From Octopus sinensis (taxonomy: Eukaryota): 64,000 bases of DNA. Below, one piece after another: positions 1 through 12,904 of this stretch; positions within the stretch are counted from its first letter, which is position 1; the number at the start of each line of letters is the position of its first letter. Below the pieces are notes generated by a model. The model was not told the origin of the DNA. It was given only the letters and a program-made list of their open reading frames with translations, and did no database searches. The position numbers were made by a program, and so were the translations under genes. The DNA lies in the NCBI RefSeq assembly GCF_006345805.1, contig NC_042997.1, positions 89,776,001 through 89,840,000 on the forward strand, in the 5' to 3' direction.

Positions 1-1509
1 TATACACAAAAGGTATATTGAACAGTGTTCCCGATATATAAACTGGCTAGGTGGGCATGAGTTGAATGCTTTGATTATTATTATTATTCCAGAGGTGGAG
101 GAGGAGTATGTAGACGAGGGTGGAATAAGGTGCTTCTATGCTGTTTTATTTTCAGTATATAAAAATAAAACCTTCCTCTGGGTTTTATGTAATATTGTCT
201 TTGTAATCAAAGCCACTTTGTTGCTGAGACTTATTGTCTACCCTTTTACCAATCCTGTTGAACTGAAGAACTCTTATAATATTCTCTCTATCAGTTTTAA
301 GCACATGACTTTCCTTTCAGTTAAACTACTTTCTCTTCTCACTTGTTTATTAGGTTTTTTTTTCCTTTCTCTTTGTTTGTTTCTCTCTCTCTCTCTCTCT
401 CTCTAGCAAAAGCACTCACTATACAAATTTCTTTGACAGCTTGTGTTGATTATTGATAAGTTTAATCTTGGATATATCAGCTTCAAGTTTTGCTTGTGAT
501 GTTCCGTGCTTAAAGTGAACTTTAAAAGAAATCCATGTCTTAATGGCTGTGAATGAAACAGAAATATCAATGTTTTCTTTCAGCTGATGAAAATTTCAAG
601 GTGTTCAGCTTTTGTGTAAATAACTGTTTGAAATGTAAATGGAAATGAAGTGCTTTGGTTAATCTAAATCAATTGAGAATATTATTTAACTTTAAAAAAA
701 CTGCTTGCATTATATAACAGTTAAGGTTGTGTGACAGTTTTAATGTAACAATTCTTTTGTAATCAAAATGAATGAATGCATAGAAAAACATAAAGAAAAA
801 ACGTGAAGATAAATTGATTATACTTAAGGCACTGCTTTTTTTCATGGCTCTTGTTTGAGATGGGTTTCATTTTGAAGTGTTGATTATATTTAACTTTGAT
901 TTATTTTCAGTAAATTTTAAAACTAATTTGATATTTTGTAGTTGAATTAGTCAAGCATTTTTGGAAAATATTCCATTGTTGTTTAGTAGTTTAGTAAGAT
1001 CTGAGTATTAATAATTTCTGTAATGATTTTCAAATGACTCTTCACAATTTGAAGGAGTTCTTTCTGCTTTTGTTATAACAACATAAATACCATCATGAGA
1101 GTCTTCACTGGTGAAGACATAAGTCATAAAAGTATTAAGATTTATTATTGACTACTACTGTACAATTTAGATTTCCCTTCAATCTAACTTCTTGCTGTAA
1201 GGTTTTCCTTTGCTTTCTTTCAAATAAGTACTTTGAAGACGGAATATTAAGACTTAATCTTACATGTAATTATACTGCATTTTTACCATCTTTTCCTCTA
1301 TTAGATGTGTGTGTATATATAATTTCTCACCCTAATACTGTGTAAATTGAGATGCCCCAATTGACAGGCTGCTTGTATATAATCTATTTAGTCTCTCAAA
1401 TTCAATAGTAATGTTATTTTGGTGTAGTAGTTAGCACAACTATACAGTTTACAGAAGATGGAGGCCTGAAGATGTTGTGTTGTTATATTTTACTGTCTTA
1501 TTCTATATA

Positions 1510-1707
1510 AACATATGGTTCCAAATTTTTGGGAATGGGGCAGTCAATTACATCAATCCCAGTGCTCAGCTGGTACTTATTTTATCGACACTTCAAGGAT
1601 GAAAGGCAAAGTTGATCTCAGGATAATTTGAACTCAGAATGTTAAGATGGACAAAATGCTGCTAAGCATTTTTCCCAATGTGCTAACTGTTCTGCCAGTT
1701 CACTGCC

Positions 1708-1739
<32 letters not shown>

Positions 1740-3464
1740 CTTTTCTACTAAAGGTACAAGGCCTGAAACTTTGGGAGTGGGGTGGGGACTAGTCAATTAC
1801 ATTGACCCCAGTGTTTCACTGGTATGTTAATTTATCAACCCTGAAAGTATGGAAGGCAAGTATTTTGTTGGGTATGCTAATGATTCTGCTAGTTTGCAGC
1901 CATCATCATCATCATCACAATAATGATAATAATAATAATAATAATAATGTGTGGTAGCTTTGCTAATGGTTGTCACATGAAAAAGCACCTAGTACACTCT
2001 GCAAACTGGTTGGCATTAGGAAGGACATCCAGCTGTAGAAACTATACCAAAACAAATAGTTTCTCTGACCTGTTGAATCCTGTGTAACCATCTAACCCAT
2101 GCTAGCATGGAATGCAGATGCTAAATGTTGTTGTTGTTGTTGATGATGATGATATGTGTGTGTGTGTGTGTTTGTGTGTATATATAGGTGTGTGTATTAA
2201 AGAAATAACTACATAGATTTTCATGCAGTAAATCTCAATTTACAAAATCTGGTATTAATATTTCTATTATGAAATGAATAGTTAGTTGAGACAGTCGACA
2301 TCTCTCTCTTGATATGTATGTCTTCATTCATTCATATGGAAAAATAATTTTTCTTTTTACTTTATAAAAGACTAACTATAATTAAATGATAACCTGGAGC
2401 GCTATTGTTGAAAATATGGTTTAGTCTTTAGCAATAGTATCGTATTAAAAGAATATGCTTCTGTTTGACCAAAACGTCTAGTGTGTCAGTGTTGGAATCT
2501 TTGGTTCATTTTTATATGCAGAGAATTTACTAACACAAAGGAAGTCTGGATGGAGATCACAGACAATTTTACCAAGAATAAGAATGAAATACATCTTAAT
2601 ATTTAATGTTTGATTTCACATTGTTTATAATAATGATGATAGTAAGTTATTACTATACATCTTTTTGTGGGTTGATAAAATAAATACCAGTTGAGCATTG
2701 GGGTCAATGTAATTGACTTAACCCCTCCCCCAAAATTGCTGGCCTTGTACCAGAATTTGAAACAAGTTTGCGAATCTGAAAGGATGAAAGGTAAAGTCAA
2801 TTGCGGCTGCATTTGAACCCAGGCTGTATTGACAGTTGAAACGCCACTAAACATTTTGCCAGGTGTGTTAATAATTCTACCTGCTTGCTGCCTTCAATAA
2901 TAATAATAATAATAATAATAATCCTTTCTACTATAGGTACAAGGCCTGAAATTTGGGGGAGGGGGATAATCAATGACATAGACCTCAGTGTTTTACTGGT
3001 ACTTAATTTATCAACACCAAAAGGATGAAAGGCAAAGTCAACATCAGCAGAATTTGAACTCAGAATGTAGCAGCAGATGAAGTACCACTAAGCATTTGGC
3101 CTGGTGTGCTAATGATTCTACCAGCTCACCACCTTAATAATATTTTACTCCAGTGTCACTTTGATGGCATGCTCTGCTCTCTCACTCAATAATGGTTAAT
3201 GATAATAATAATTGTTGTAATAATAATAATTGTAGTTGTAGTAATAATAATGATTTCAAAGTTTGACACAAGGCCAGCAAGTTTGGGGAAGGGGTGGTCA
3301 GTTACATTGACCCCAGTGTTCAGCAAGTACTTGCTCTATTGATCTCAAAAAGATGAAAAGCAAAGTTGGCCTTGGCTGAATTCAAATTCAGAACATAAAA
3401 ATGGATGAGATGCTGCTAAGCATTTTGCCAAGCATGCTAACAATTCTGCCAACTTGCTGCCTTC

Positions 3465-3497
<33 letters not shown>

Positions 3498-4105
3498 TGT
3501 AGCAGTAGTAAAAAAGGTAAAGACCCCCTTCAGTAATGAATGACCATGGGATTGCACCTAAAAAGTTCTCCTCCGAGGCACAAGTCCAAGCAAGATTGTT
3601 TATGGTAGACCAGCAGTCACCCATGCATATCAGCCTCCCTTCTCCACGCCACCTATGTTATCCAAGGGAAAAGCAATAGCTGATACAGCTTGGCACCAGT
3701 GATGTTGCAACTCATTTCTACTGCTGAGTGAACTGGAGCAACATGAAATAAAGTGTCTTGCTCAAGAATACAACAAGCAGCTCAGTCCAAGAATCAAACT
3801 CACTACCTCATGATTGTGAATCCAATGCTCTAACCACTGAGCCATGTGCAGTGTAGTACAAGTAATAATAATAATAATAATGATGATGATCGTTTCTATT
3901 TAAGGCATAAGGCCTCGAATTTTGGAGGAAGAGACTAGTCAATTACATTGACCCCAGTGTTTCACTGGTACTTAATTTATTGACTCTGAAAGAATGAAAA
4001 GCAAAATTGACCTTGATGGAATTTGAACTCAGAATGTAAAGATGGACAAATTGTCACTAAGCATTTTGCCCGGCATGCTAATGATTCGGTCAGCTTGCCA
4101 TAATA
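1510..4105 (-). mobile_element. Cluster of tRNA-derived SINE family A copies ((AAT)n-associated), plus one family C SINE (~3515-3848) and an RTE-tail element (~1960-2150)
   Basis: Recurrent ...ggatgaaaggcaaagtcaac...aatttgaactcagaatg...ctaagcattttgcc...attctgccag.ttgctgcctt, with a B-box-like GAGTTCAAATT on minus. About six minus-strand copies separated by (AAT)n. Confidence 0.75.
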
Positions 4106-5207
4106 ATAATATTATTCATTTGACTGGGCTTGTGTATTGGCTTTGACATAAAACCAGTGTATAAAAAACTGTCTCCCAGTTGACAGCTACCTGCAAAGGT
4201 TCTCTATCAATATGTATCTTTATGTTCTTGACAAATAATAGGATTGCACATACGAGACATTTGTGCTACTGTGTATGTATCTGTATGTGTGTGTGTGTGT
4301 AGCTTTCTTTTTGTCTACCTTTGTTTCTCTCTCACATCCTCCTACACAGTTGTTGTAATTCAGTATTATGCTTAGAACTTTTTTGTTTTGTTTTACAAAA
4401 AAATTTTGCCTCTATTATTACAATATTCATTCCACTATGCTCCTCCTGAAATGAAATGTCTGCTGAAGCAAGGCTAGACTTGATAAATATTCTGTCTGAA
4501 AGTTGTCTACAAGCTTGAAATGAGTGTTTGTGTGTGTTTGTGTATGTATGCGGTAGACTAATAGTTTTGTTTTATTTTAAAATCGTTTTCTTTTTTTTCT
4601 GCTTTTGCTTCAAATAAGAATCTGATTCATATAAATACAAGAATAGATTGGCTCTGCTTTGCTGTAAAATTATATAAATTCTAATCATAACAAAGCTGAA
4701 ATAATGTAATATTTAGGCTATCAATCACAATCAACATTTTGGTCAGGACTGGCAAAGTATGAAAGAGAGAAAGCAAGAGAGGGGGGAGGAGGAACTTTTA
4801 CCAAATGTCTTACCATCATTCTTGACAAAAATCAGTTGTTGTAATGCTAATGAAAGTTAATCATCAGAATAATATGCATATACACCATATCACAATATCA
4901 GTGCTTCAGTGGGCGTGCTTAGCGCAGTAGTTGCACCTCATTCTTCATATGTGGCTCATTTTAAAAATATTTTTTGTGTATGTCTCTCTCACAAATACCA
5001 TTGATCTCTTGAAGTTGTTAGGATTCATACTAAACTTCTGGGTCCTTATTATCCATTCTCACCACATACCTTTGTTGCTTTTGTCAATCATTTCTGTTTT
5101 TCCAATAAACATGCACTGCCTTTCAATCTCATGACTGCTGTGTTCTGTTGCTTGGTTCATATTTAGCAAAACCATTTTTCTTTCTTTATTCCTTCCTTCC
5201 TTCCTTC

Positions 5208-5238
<31 letters not shown>

Positions 5239-5422
5239 TTCTTTTCTTCTTTTACCATATCTTTGCTTTATCTGGCTGACATTGTTTGGTTATAACCACT
5301 GTTGTTGCACTGATGTACAATACATGATTTTCTATTTTTATTTTCTGTCTCTGCATATGTATGAATATGTTTGTGTTAGAGTCTGAGACAGCAAGCACGG
5401 AAGTGTGTATATGTAATCACAG

Positions 5423-5424
5423 AT

Positions 5425-5480
<56 letters not shown>
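5423..5480. repeat. (CA)n microsatellite
   Basis: Directly visible. Confidence 0.95.
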
Positions 5481-5481
<1 letters not shown>

Positions 5482-5569
5482 CACATGCACCCCCCCCCTT
5501 TGAGTAAAATTTGGTAACCAAAAAAATACAGAAGCCTGATGTGTGCATATGTGTATTTGTTTGTATACT

Positions 5570-5975
5570 TATACATTGGTTGTATGGTAAAGAAGCTTGC
5601 TTCCCAACCGCTTTGTTTCAGGTACAGACCCACTGCATGGTACTTGTACAAATGTCTTCTACTATAGCCTCAGGCCAACCAAAACCTTGTGAGTAGATTT
5701 GGTAGATGGAAACTGAAAGAACCCTTCATGTGTACATGCGTACATACATGTGTGTGTGTATTTGTGTTTGACCTCTAACTACTGATTAACAACTGGTGTT
5801 GGTTTATTTACTTCCATGTAACTAAGTGGTCCAGTGAAAGAAACTGATGGAATACAAGACTTTTAAAAAAACATAAACAACCTGAAAACATTCCTGGGGA
5901 GATTTGTTCAACTGAACCTTTTAAGGCAGTGCCCCAGCATGGCTATAGTCCAAAGACTGAAACAAATAAAAGATA
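5570..5975 (+). mobile_element. SINE family B (tRNA head, CORE-like segment, (TG)n, CR1-like tail)
   Basis: ...ggtaaagaagcttgcttcccaacc...cttctactatagcctcaggccaaccaaaaccttgtgagtagatttggtagatggaaactgaaag...aaggcagtgccccagcatggctatagtccaaagactgaaac. Confidence 0.7.
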
Positions 5976-6409
5976 AGTGTGTGTGTGTGTGTGTGTATGA
6001 GCATGTGCGTTGGTGTCTCCTCAATTACCATTAAGGTGAAGGTTGACAACAGGAAGGGCATGCAACTGTACAAATATATTGGAACAAATTCCACCTGGCT
6101 GATGCAGACATGGAAGAGTGAATGTTAATTTGACAATGCTGCTGCTGATGTGTTTACTCATTTTATCTGTTTTCTCATGCTTGCATAGGTTGAGCAAAGA
6201 TGCATTATTGAAGCATTGTTTTATATTTAAAACACCTACCTTTTTTTTTTTTCAGTAATTGATTTTTACTCAACATACTTTCAAAATAGTTGCTTTACAG
6301 GGCAATTTGTTGAAACAGTTACAGTGAGGAAACACATATCAGCCAAGCCAAAGAGTATGATCCACTATTTATGTATATGATCTACTATTTATTGCTGGAT
6401 TCAACATAA

Positions 6410-7896
6410 GGATCTGGAATTTGCTTCCTTGATGTTCATGTTGAAACTGTGAAGACAGTTTTGGTTAATCTATTCCTTGCTTAAATCTGTTAACATGAGG
6501 CCATAGCCATTGCAGTTGTTTTTGCAAAAACCTTATCCTCCAGGAATGAGTGAAGGTTTTATTGTCATAGTCCTTCCTGGGGACCCACACAGCATATTCT
6601 ACTTTTAAATTCCTTAGACTTAGACAAAAATGGTGCACCTGTTTCCAAAATCAAGAGAATTTTGGAAGCTGTTTGCAAGAGTTACCAAATGATAGTCTGG
6701 GATGAATGAATAATAAATAGCCTTAGGCATGACATTGCAGGACTTATGTGACAGTTGAGCCCAAATGGGAAGAGTAGCAGTTATGTTGTCTGGTGATTTC
6801 TCTGAGACCTTTTCTGTGATCTCAAAAGGGACAGAAAATCAATGAAATCCAATGTTACCTTAAATTGTCATCATTTTGTATCAAAGTTAGATTTTGCAGA
6901 TCATCTACAAGCATCAAGGCCTATCTTTTTAGAGATCAGTTGACTAGTCATCTTGCTCAATCTTTATACTGATAAGAATGAAGTTCAATCTTGCTTGGTT
7001 GCAATGTTACACAGCCAAACTGGCACATAATGGGAAAATACTATTAATTACCTCTCCCCTGAAATGTTAATACGAACGGAATAAAACAAGTTTTGCATAA
7101 ATCGGAGCAGTAGCTATTGAGATATTTAGGGTTTGGAGGGGGGGGGAATAAATACCCCAAACGGTGCTTAATGGGAAAATGTTCTGAATATAACTTCATC
7201 CTGAAAGGGAAGAAACTTTAACCTTTCAATTAGACACAGTGACTTGACAACGAAAAAATAGGATTTGTTTTTTGCAGTAACTGTTTCTATATTATCTTTT
7301 GTTAAACACAGTATTTTTATCATTTAGAAATATTCTTAACTGAATGTGATTTCAAAACTGAAAGTTGTTTGTACAGTAAGTATTTATATTTTAGCTTTAT
7401 TTAAACAGACAATATTTTTATGTTTTTTTAAAAATTATTTTCAAGTGAGTACCGTAACAAAAGTTATTTTGGGCATATTTAAAAAATATTTTAAAGTGAA
7501 AATGACTTGAAAAATACAGTAAATATTTTGTAAAAGACCCGTCTGTTACTTTGGTGGGAAACGATTTTTTTCCATAGGTTCTTTTTTGAGTGCATTCAAC
7601 GTATCTCACCTCTAAAGATCCGGCTGCTATTTCTAGCACGCGCCGCTACCACATAACAGCTATTTGCGATAAAGGACCCCCGAAATAGCTGTTACATAGT
7701 AGCAAGGCATGCAAGAAAAAGCAACCAAATCTTGCTTTTATTTGGAGAAAGGAGCTGCTTACACGTGATTTTGATATCACATTTGTTGAAAGCATGCGAA
7801 ATAACCTGGAAAAGGGATTAAAAACCCACAAAACAAAACTCCGTTGCTGGGAAACTCAGACTTTCCTGGTGACCCAACGGATCACAGGTAGTCTAG
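6410..7896 (+). mobile_element. Degenerate Helitron: PIF1-like helicase remnant plus 3' hairpin-CTAG terminus
   Basis: From 6422, with stops and frameshifts: CFLDVHVETVKTVLVNLFLA (cf. FFLDAPGGTGKT), AIAIAV, LPG..TAYSTFK, MIVWDE (Walker B), TLQDL...MGRVAVMLSGDF, NEIQCYLK. Hairpin GTGACCCAACGGATCAC (7869-7885) is followed by CTAG (7893-7896) and T. Confidence 0.7.
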
Positions 7897-8119
7897 TAAC
7901 TTGTTACTTGATAAAAATTTCTTTTTGGTACTAATGGCACCATACCAGCTTCTATTAGTGCTGTTGTTAAGACAACAAGCAAATTGATATTGAAAGCGTT
8001 TGTTAATTTGTAACATCATTTTCAACACCATCAACAGGCAGCTGTTACAGTCATTTCAAGTCCTACCTACAAACCAATATACTTTTTTTTTGTTGTGGAA
8101 GAAATAGTTCACTGTGCTA

Positions 8120-8420
8120 CATGTGGCTTAGTGGTTAGGGTAATCAGCTCACGGTCATGTGTTCAATCCCCAGCAGCATGCTATGTCCTTGAGCAAGACA
8201 CTTTATTTCATGTTGTTCCAGTCCACTCAGCTGCCAAAAATGAGTAGTACCTGTATCTCAAAGGGCCGACCTGTGTCACACTGAATCTTCCTGAGAACTA
8301 TGTTAAGTGTACGTATGTCTGTGGAGTGCTCAGCCAGTTGCACATTAATTTCATGAGCAAGCTATTCCATTGGTTGGATCAACTGGAAACTTCTCTGTCA
8401 TAACTGATGGATTGCCAGTT
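8120..8420 (+). mobile_element. tRNA-derived SINE, family D
   Basis: A-box-like tggcttagtggttag, B-box-like gttcaatccc, then gtccttgagcaagacactttatttc (shared with family C) and a different body. Confidence 0.55.
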
Positions 8421-9619
8421 ATTAGAACTGTCATATCTGTAGACTTCGGTTAAAACAAAAGATTCCCCAATAATGTTGTTGCAAACTTTAGATCAGTTGT
8501 GGTTATGCAAAGACAAGGAAATGGTTGAAAAGCTTATGGTATATGTCACTGAGACTACTATTCTGAACTGCATCTTGGGTTATATTGCCTTGCTAATAAC
8601 CAGTTTTTGTAGGATGCTCAAGAGTAGGCATTGCTACGATCTCTGTTTTATGCTCTGTTAGTAAAAACCCACAAACATTGTATACCCTGAGGGGCTAACA
8701 TAAAGATGTTCAGAATCCCCTAGGCTGGCATGTGAACAGATCTAACAGTATAGAGGCTGGAGATCATTGCATCCGATAATATCATTTCTTTATCACAGCA
8801 TGTATTGTAGCTGTAATATTTAGATGTGTGTGTTTCCTCAGAGCACCACAGATTTCATGTGTGATAAGAAAGATTTTATTTCCATGTGTAGTTTACTTTT
8901 CAACACTCCACTTCCTACTCATTTTTCAAATAATTTCAAGAATAAATTAGAATTATATCATGTTCAATAAGTTTCAACTGAAATAAAAATGTTTTCATAT
9001 TTACTTAATCCTGTGTTCTAACTTAATATGCTTGAATTAGACACATGTAATTTTTATAATTAAATTACGAAATGTATTAAGGTCATTGAATGCATATCTG
9101 CAACACAGTGTAGAAGACTGTGTTGACAAACAATTTCATTTCTTACATAAAAGATAATTTTTCAAGAGGAGTCCAGGAGTATTCTATTAAAATGAGTTCT
9201 TATTAAGAATAACTCTGGGTCATTTATTGCGACTTTTAATCTGGACAATGCCAAGTATCTTGCTAGTATATGTATATGTACATAAAAATGTGTGTATGTA
9301 TATATGTATATGCATGTAGTGCATATGTAATATACATACATATAAATAACCAAAATAAGAAGACAAAGAGTTTAATGATCAGTTACAAGAGTTTTGGTAC
9401 CATCCTGTTTTTTATATCATTACACATGCACACATGTGTGCAGAGGACTTCTTTCAGCTCCTGTCTAGCGAATCTACTTAAAGGTTTATATATGTATACA
9501 CACACATATATGTATGTATATATGTGTGTGCGTGTGATATGCATATATATGTGTGTGTGTATGTATGTATGTATACATGTATGTATGTATTTATATGTGT
9601 ATGTGTATTTTTATGTGTA

Positions 9620-10175
9620 TGAGGTCTGGTCATAAAGTATTGGGTCTGTTATGGTAACAGCTAAAGTATGCAGAGTGTAGCTGCTTGGCACAGATTGACC
9701 TTGAACTTTATCATGCATGTGCACTCAGTTATAACGTTCTTCTCTTCCATAGTTTATAACAGTGTTTTGAAGGAGAGCGTATAAAGTGTGGCCATTCAAA
9801 AAGCAGATTGGGTTTCAGTTGCACAGGACCTCCTCGATTGTGTTGAGAAAGACAAACTTTTTGAAAATGGTCATAACGGGTGATAAATCATGGGTCTATG
9901 GCTATGACCCTGAAACCAAGGCAGAAATCAAATCCCAACTGAAAGGAACAAGATTTCACGTTGTCAAGAATATCCAAGAGAATGCAACATGGCAGCTGCT
10001 GGCTATCCCAAAGGAGGAATTCCAGGAATGTTTCCAACAATGTAAACAATGCTGGATAAAGTGTGTGACTTAAGAAGGGAGCTAGGGGCTACTTCAAAGG
10101 AGATTAAATGCCAAATTGATATGTGTTGTAGTTTTCTTTCTACGACTCCAGCTGATACTTTTTGATTGGACCTTG
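9620..10175 (+). mobile_element. Internally deleted mariner-type element
   Basis: Remnant ITGDKSWVYGYDPETK is joined to LKGTRF...IPKEEFQECFQQ..CWIKCV. Degenerate TIRs (tgaggtctggtcataaagtatt / rc caaggtccaatcaaaaagtatc) are flanked by TA. Confidence 0.8.
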
Positions 10176-10656
10176 TATACACACACACACACACACACAC
10201 ACGTGTGTCCAACCCATGCCAGCATGGAAAACATGTTAAATGATGATGATGACGATAATATATAAACATTTGTCTATGTGAGTACATCCACATATACTAA
10301 CATATAATCATACACCTAAATTATTGATATACAGATTTACCTTTGCAAGTGTATACTTATCTATCATCATCATCATTTGTTTGTATTTATTTATGAAATT
10401 CAGATCATTGTAGGTGCGTGAGATGGTCGGCACGGTAGTGTCATTTGGTATTATCTGTGTTTGCATAAGATTTAAAGTGACAGTACTGATGCACACATTG
10501 TTGCTAAACTTCTTACGAATGTCCTCGATGTCCATTCTCTTACATGGGAATAAATCTCTGTACTATTTTTAAGGGGTGTGTTTGTGCTTGTGCATCTTCG
10601 TGTGTTATTTGGCATACGTGCTAATACAAGTATTGATTGTTGTGTGTATACCCAAG

Positions 10657-10688
<32 letters not shown>

Positions 10689-11774
10689 CATGCATGCATG
10701 TGTGTATGTATGTGTGTGTATTTATCTATATGGTTTGTGAATGTCTTTGAGTATGTACCATGATTACTTTCAGTGTGTGAATATATGTATATAAATGGTG
10801 TATGTGTGAAGAGGAAGCATGCATGTGTGTGTGTGTGTGTATGTGCATGATCACAAATGTTTTAACATGCATACATTCTAGAATTATCTTTTGTACTTCA
10901 TGACAATATATCTTCAGCATCATGTTTTCCAGAAGGTATGAATCCAAAATTCTTTAAATGGTACTTATTGTTTCACCTTGGTTTTTGGCCCCCTTGGGAT
11001 AGTGGGTGATGTTTCATTCTCTGAAGGATGCTAATTAACTATTTCTTCAAAATTATTTTTTTCCCCCATCTGATTGTCATCTGTATTGTATTATTTCACT
11101 TTGAGCTCCTCTCCCCACAATTTTCCCACTATTCCTCCTCCTCCTCCTCCAAACTGTTTATTTTCAAACCTTTCTCTTTTTGAATTCTTTCTCTTCTATC
11201 ATTCTTTTTTGTTTTCTCTTACTATTCTCTCATTCTCCAGTTTATGCTAGTTTGTTAGCAATACAATTCTACTATCCAGCTCCAATTTTCATTAACCACA
11301 ATTAAAGACAGTGCAACTACATGCCATAACAGCCTTGATTATAAGACTGAATTCAGCGCTGTAACATACTGTGTTTTAAACATGGTGCCTAGGCAGCAGC
11401 TAATGTTACAGAAATAATTTTATCCTTTGGCTTCACAGTCACAACTAACTAACCGCCACTGGTTTTGAGATTATAATCTGATACTTTGACTATGCTGTCT
11501 TGTAAGAATTGATTAAATATTGTCAGAACATTGACAACTTCCAGTGCAGATTGTGTACATAAACTCTAGGAATCCCCAGTGTACCTAATGCATTGTTTTT
11601 AAGTTCATATTTTGCACAGCATCGTTTATAGTTTCCTTTTACAACATTGATAATATGCAGTTGTCTTTTTTCTCTTTTCTTTTCTGGATGTTGTTTACTG
11701 AATAACTAATTATCATCATGGTTAGGTTTCATTTACTGAACACAATAAATAATCAATGACAGTCATTGCTAACT

Positions 11775-12060
11775 TGTGAAGTTACATACAGCTGTTGTCT
11801 AATGTGAGCTGGGTCTATTGTGGACATTGCCCCACACTACTTTTCTTTGACAAAGATCTGGCAATCTTCCTTTCTCTTTATGGTAAACTGTGTGCATTTG
11901 GTGGACAAAAATGTGAAGACTGAAAACATATTTTTCTTTGGCCAAGACCTCACTGACTTTTATTACCAGTTAAAGAGAAGGTGAGGACGGAGAGAGAAGT
12001 ACCACCAACTTGTAAATTTGTTGAAATATCAGTAACAAGGATAAGTCCATATTTGTCTGT
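11775..12060 (+). mobile_element. Old Tx1/L1-like 3' fragment
   Basis: Nucleotide similarity by eye to 13280-13570 (tggtggacaa...tttctttggccaagacctcactgac...aagagaaggtgaggacggagagagaagt). Confidence 0.45.
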
Positions 12061-12904
12061 CAGAGAAGTGAGAACCAACTTGGTCATCTTTAGAGGTGAC
12101 TGATGACTAGTATGGTGACATTGTTTAAAGGGAAGAAGTGTTGCACACTGTCAACCTCAATCCCTTGTCTATGACCATCTTCAATACAGTGGCAGGCCAG
12201 GTCAAGATGATTGGGGATGGACATAGATGTAGTGGATGACCAAGATACTTTATTTGCCTCATCTTGCTCCCTGCACTCCTCAATGTATTGCTGCAGCTGT
12301 CTTCCTCTCAATTGAATCAATGTTTCTTCTGCAGGGTCCACTGGATCCACTAATCACATGCATAAGTGGGAAAGGCCTAATATGCTAATTAACCCATAGT
12401 TAAGACCCTGACAGGTGCTACTACTCTGGATCAGAGTAGGCTTGGAAACAATAATGGCTAAGAGATGGTTCCATACTCTTCAAAACTTTGGAACACTCGA
12501 ACCAGGGCTCCACGATCAAATGCAGTTTCAAGCCATACTGAGGAGATCAAAGATAATTATAGCTTGAGTGAATGTTCATCTCTTAGCTGGGAGAGGGCAC
12601 ATGTCTTTGGCATTGAAGACAATCTGGAATCTTTGAAGTTCTCTGATTTGCTCTAGGTAATTTTTAGAATATGTTTTTATTGTTGTTAGCCTGTTTTACC
12701 ATGCCATTTGTAAAACCCTATTTTTGTAACTTGTCCTTGTAATTTCCCTTCATACCTTGCCCTTGTGGCAAAAAAAAAATCATTATCATTATTATCATTG
12801 AGGGAGATAGAGTAGCAAAATTATTAGAGCATTGGACGAAATTACCTTCAAAATTGCTGTCCTTGTGCCTATGTAAGAAACATCATCATCATCATTATTG
12901 TTCT

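Noticed and set aside
62-406. 114-aa ORF at the window start
   Set aside because: TTG start, runs through (ATT)n and (CT)n repeats, and has no domain signal.
4910-4940. tRNA-like ggcgtgcttagcgcagtagttgcacc
   Set aside because: No B-box or cloverleaf downstream; all tRNA-like heads in the window belong to SINEs.
12090-12350. 86-aa minus ORF (MDPVDPAEETLIQLRG...)
   Set aside because: Probably a decayed retroelement fragment; no frame gives a convincing motif, so it is left uncalled.
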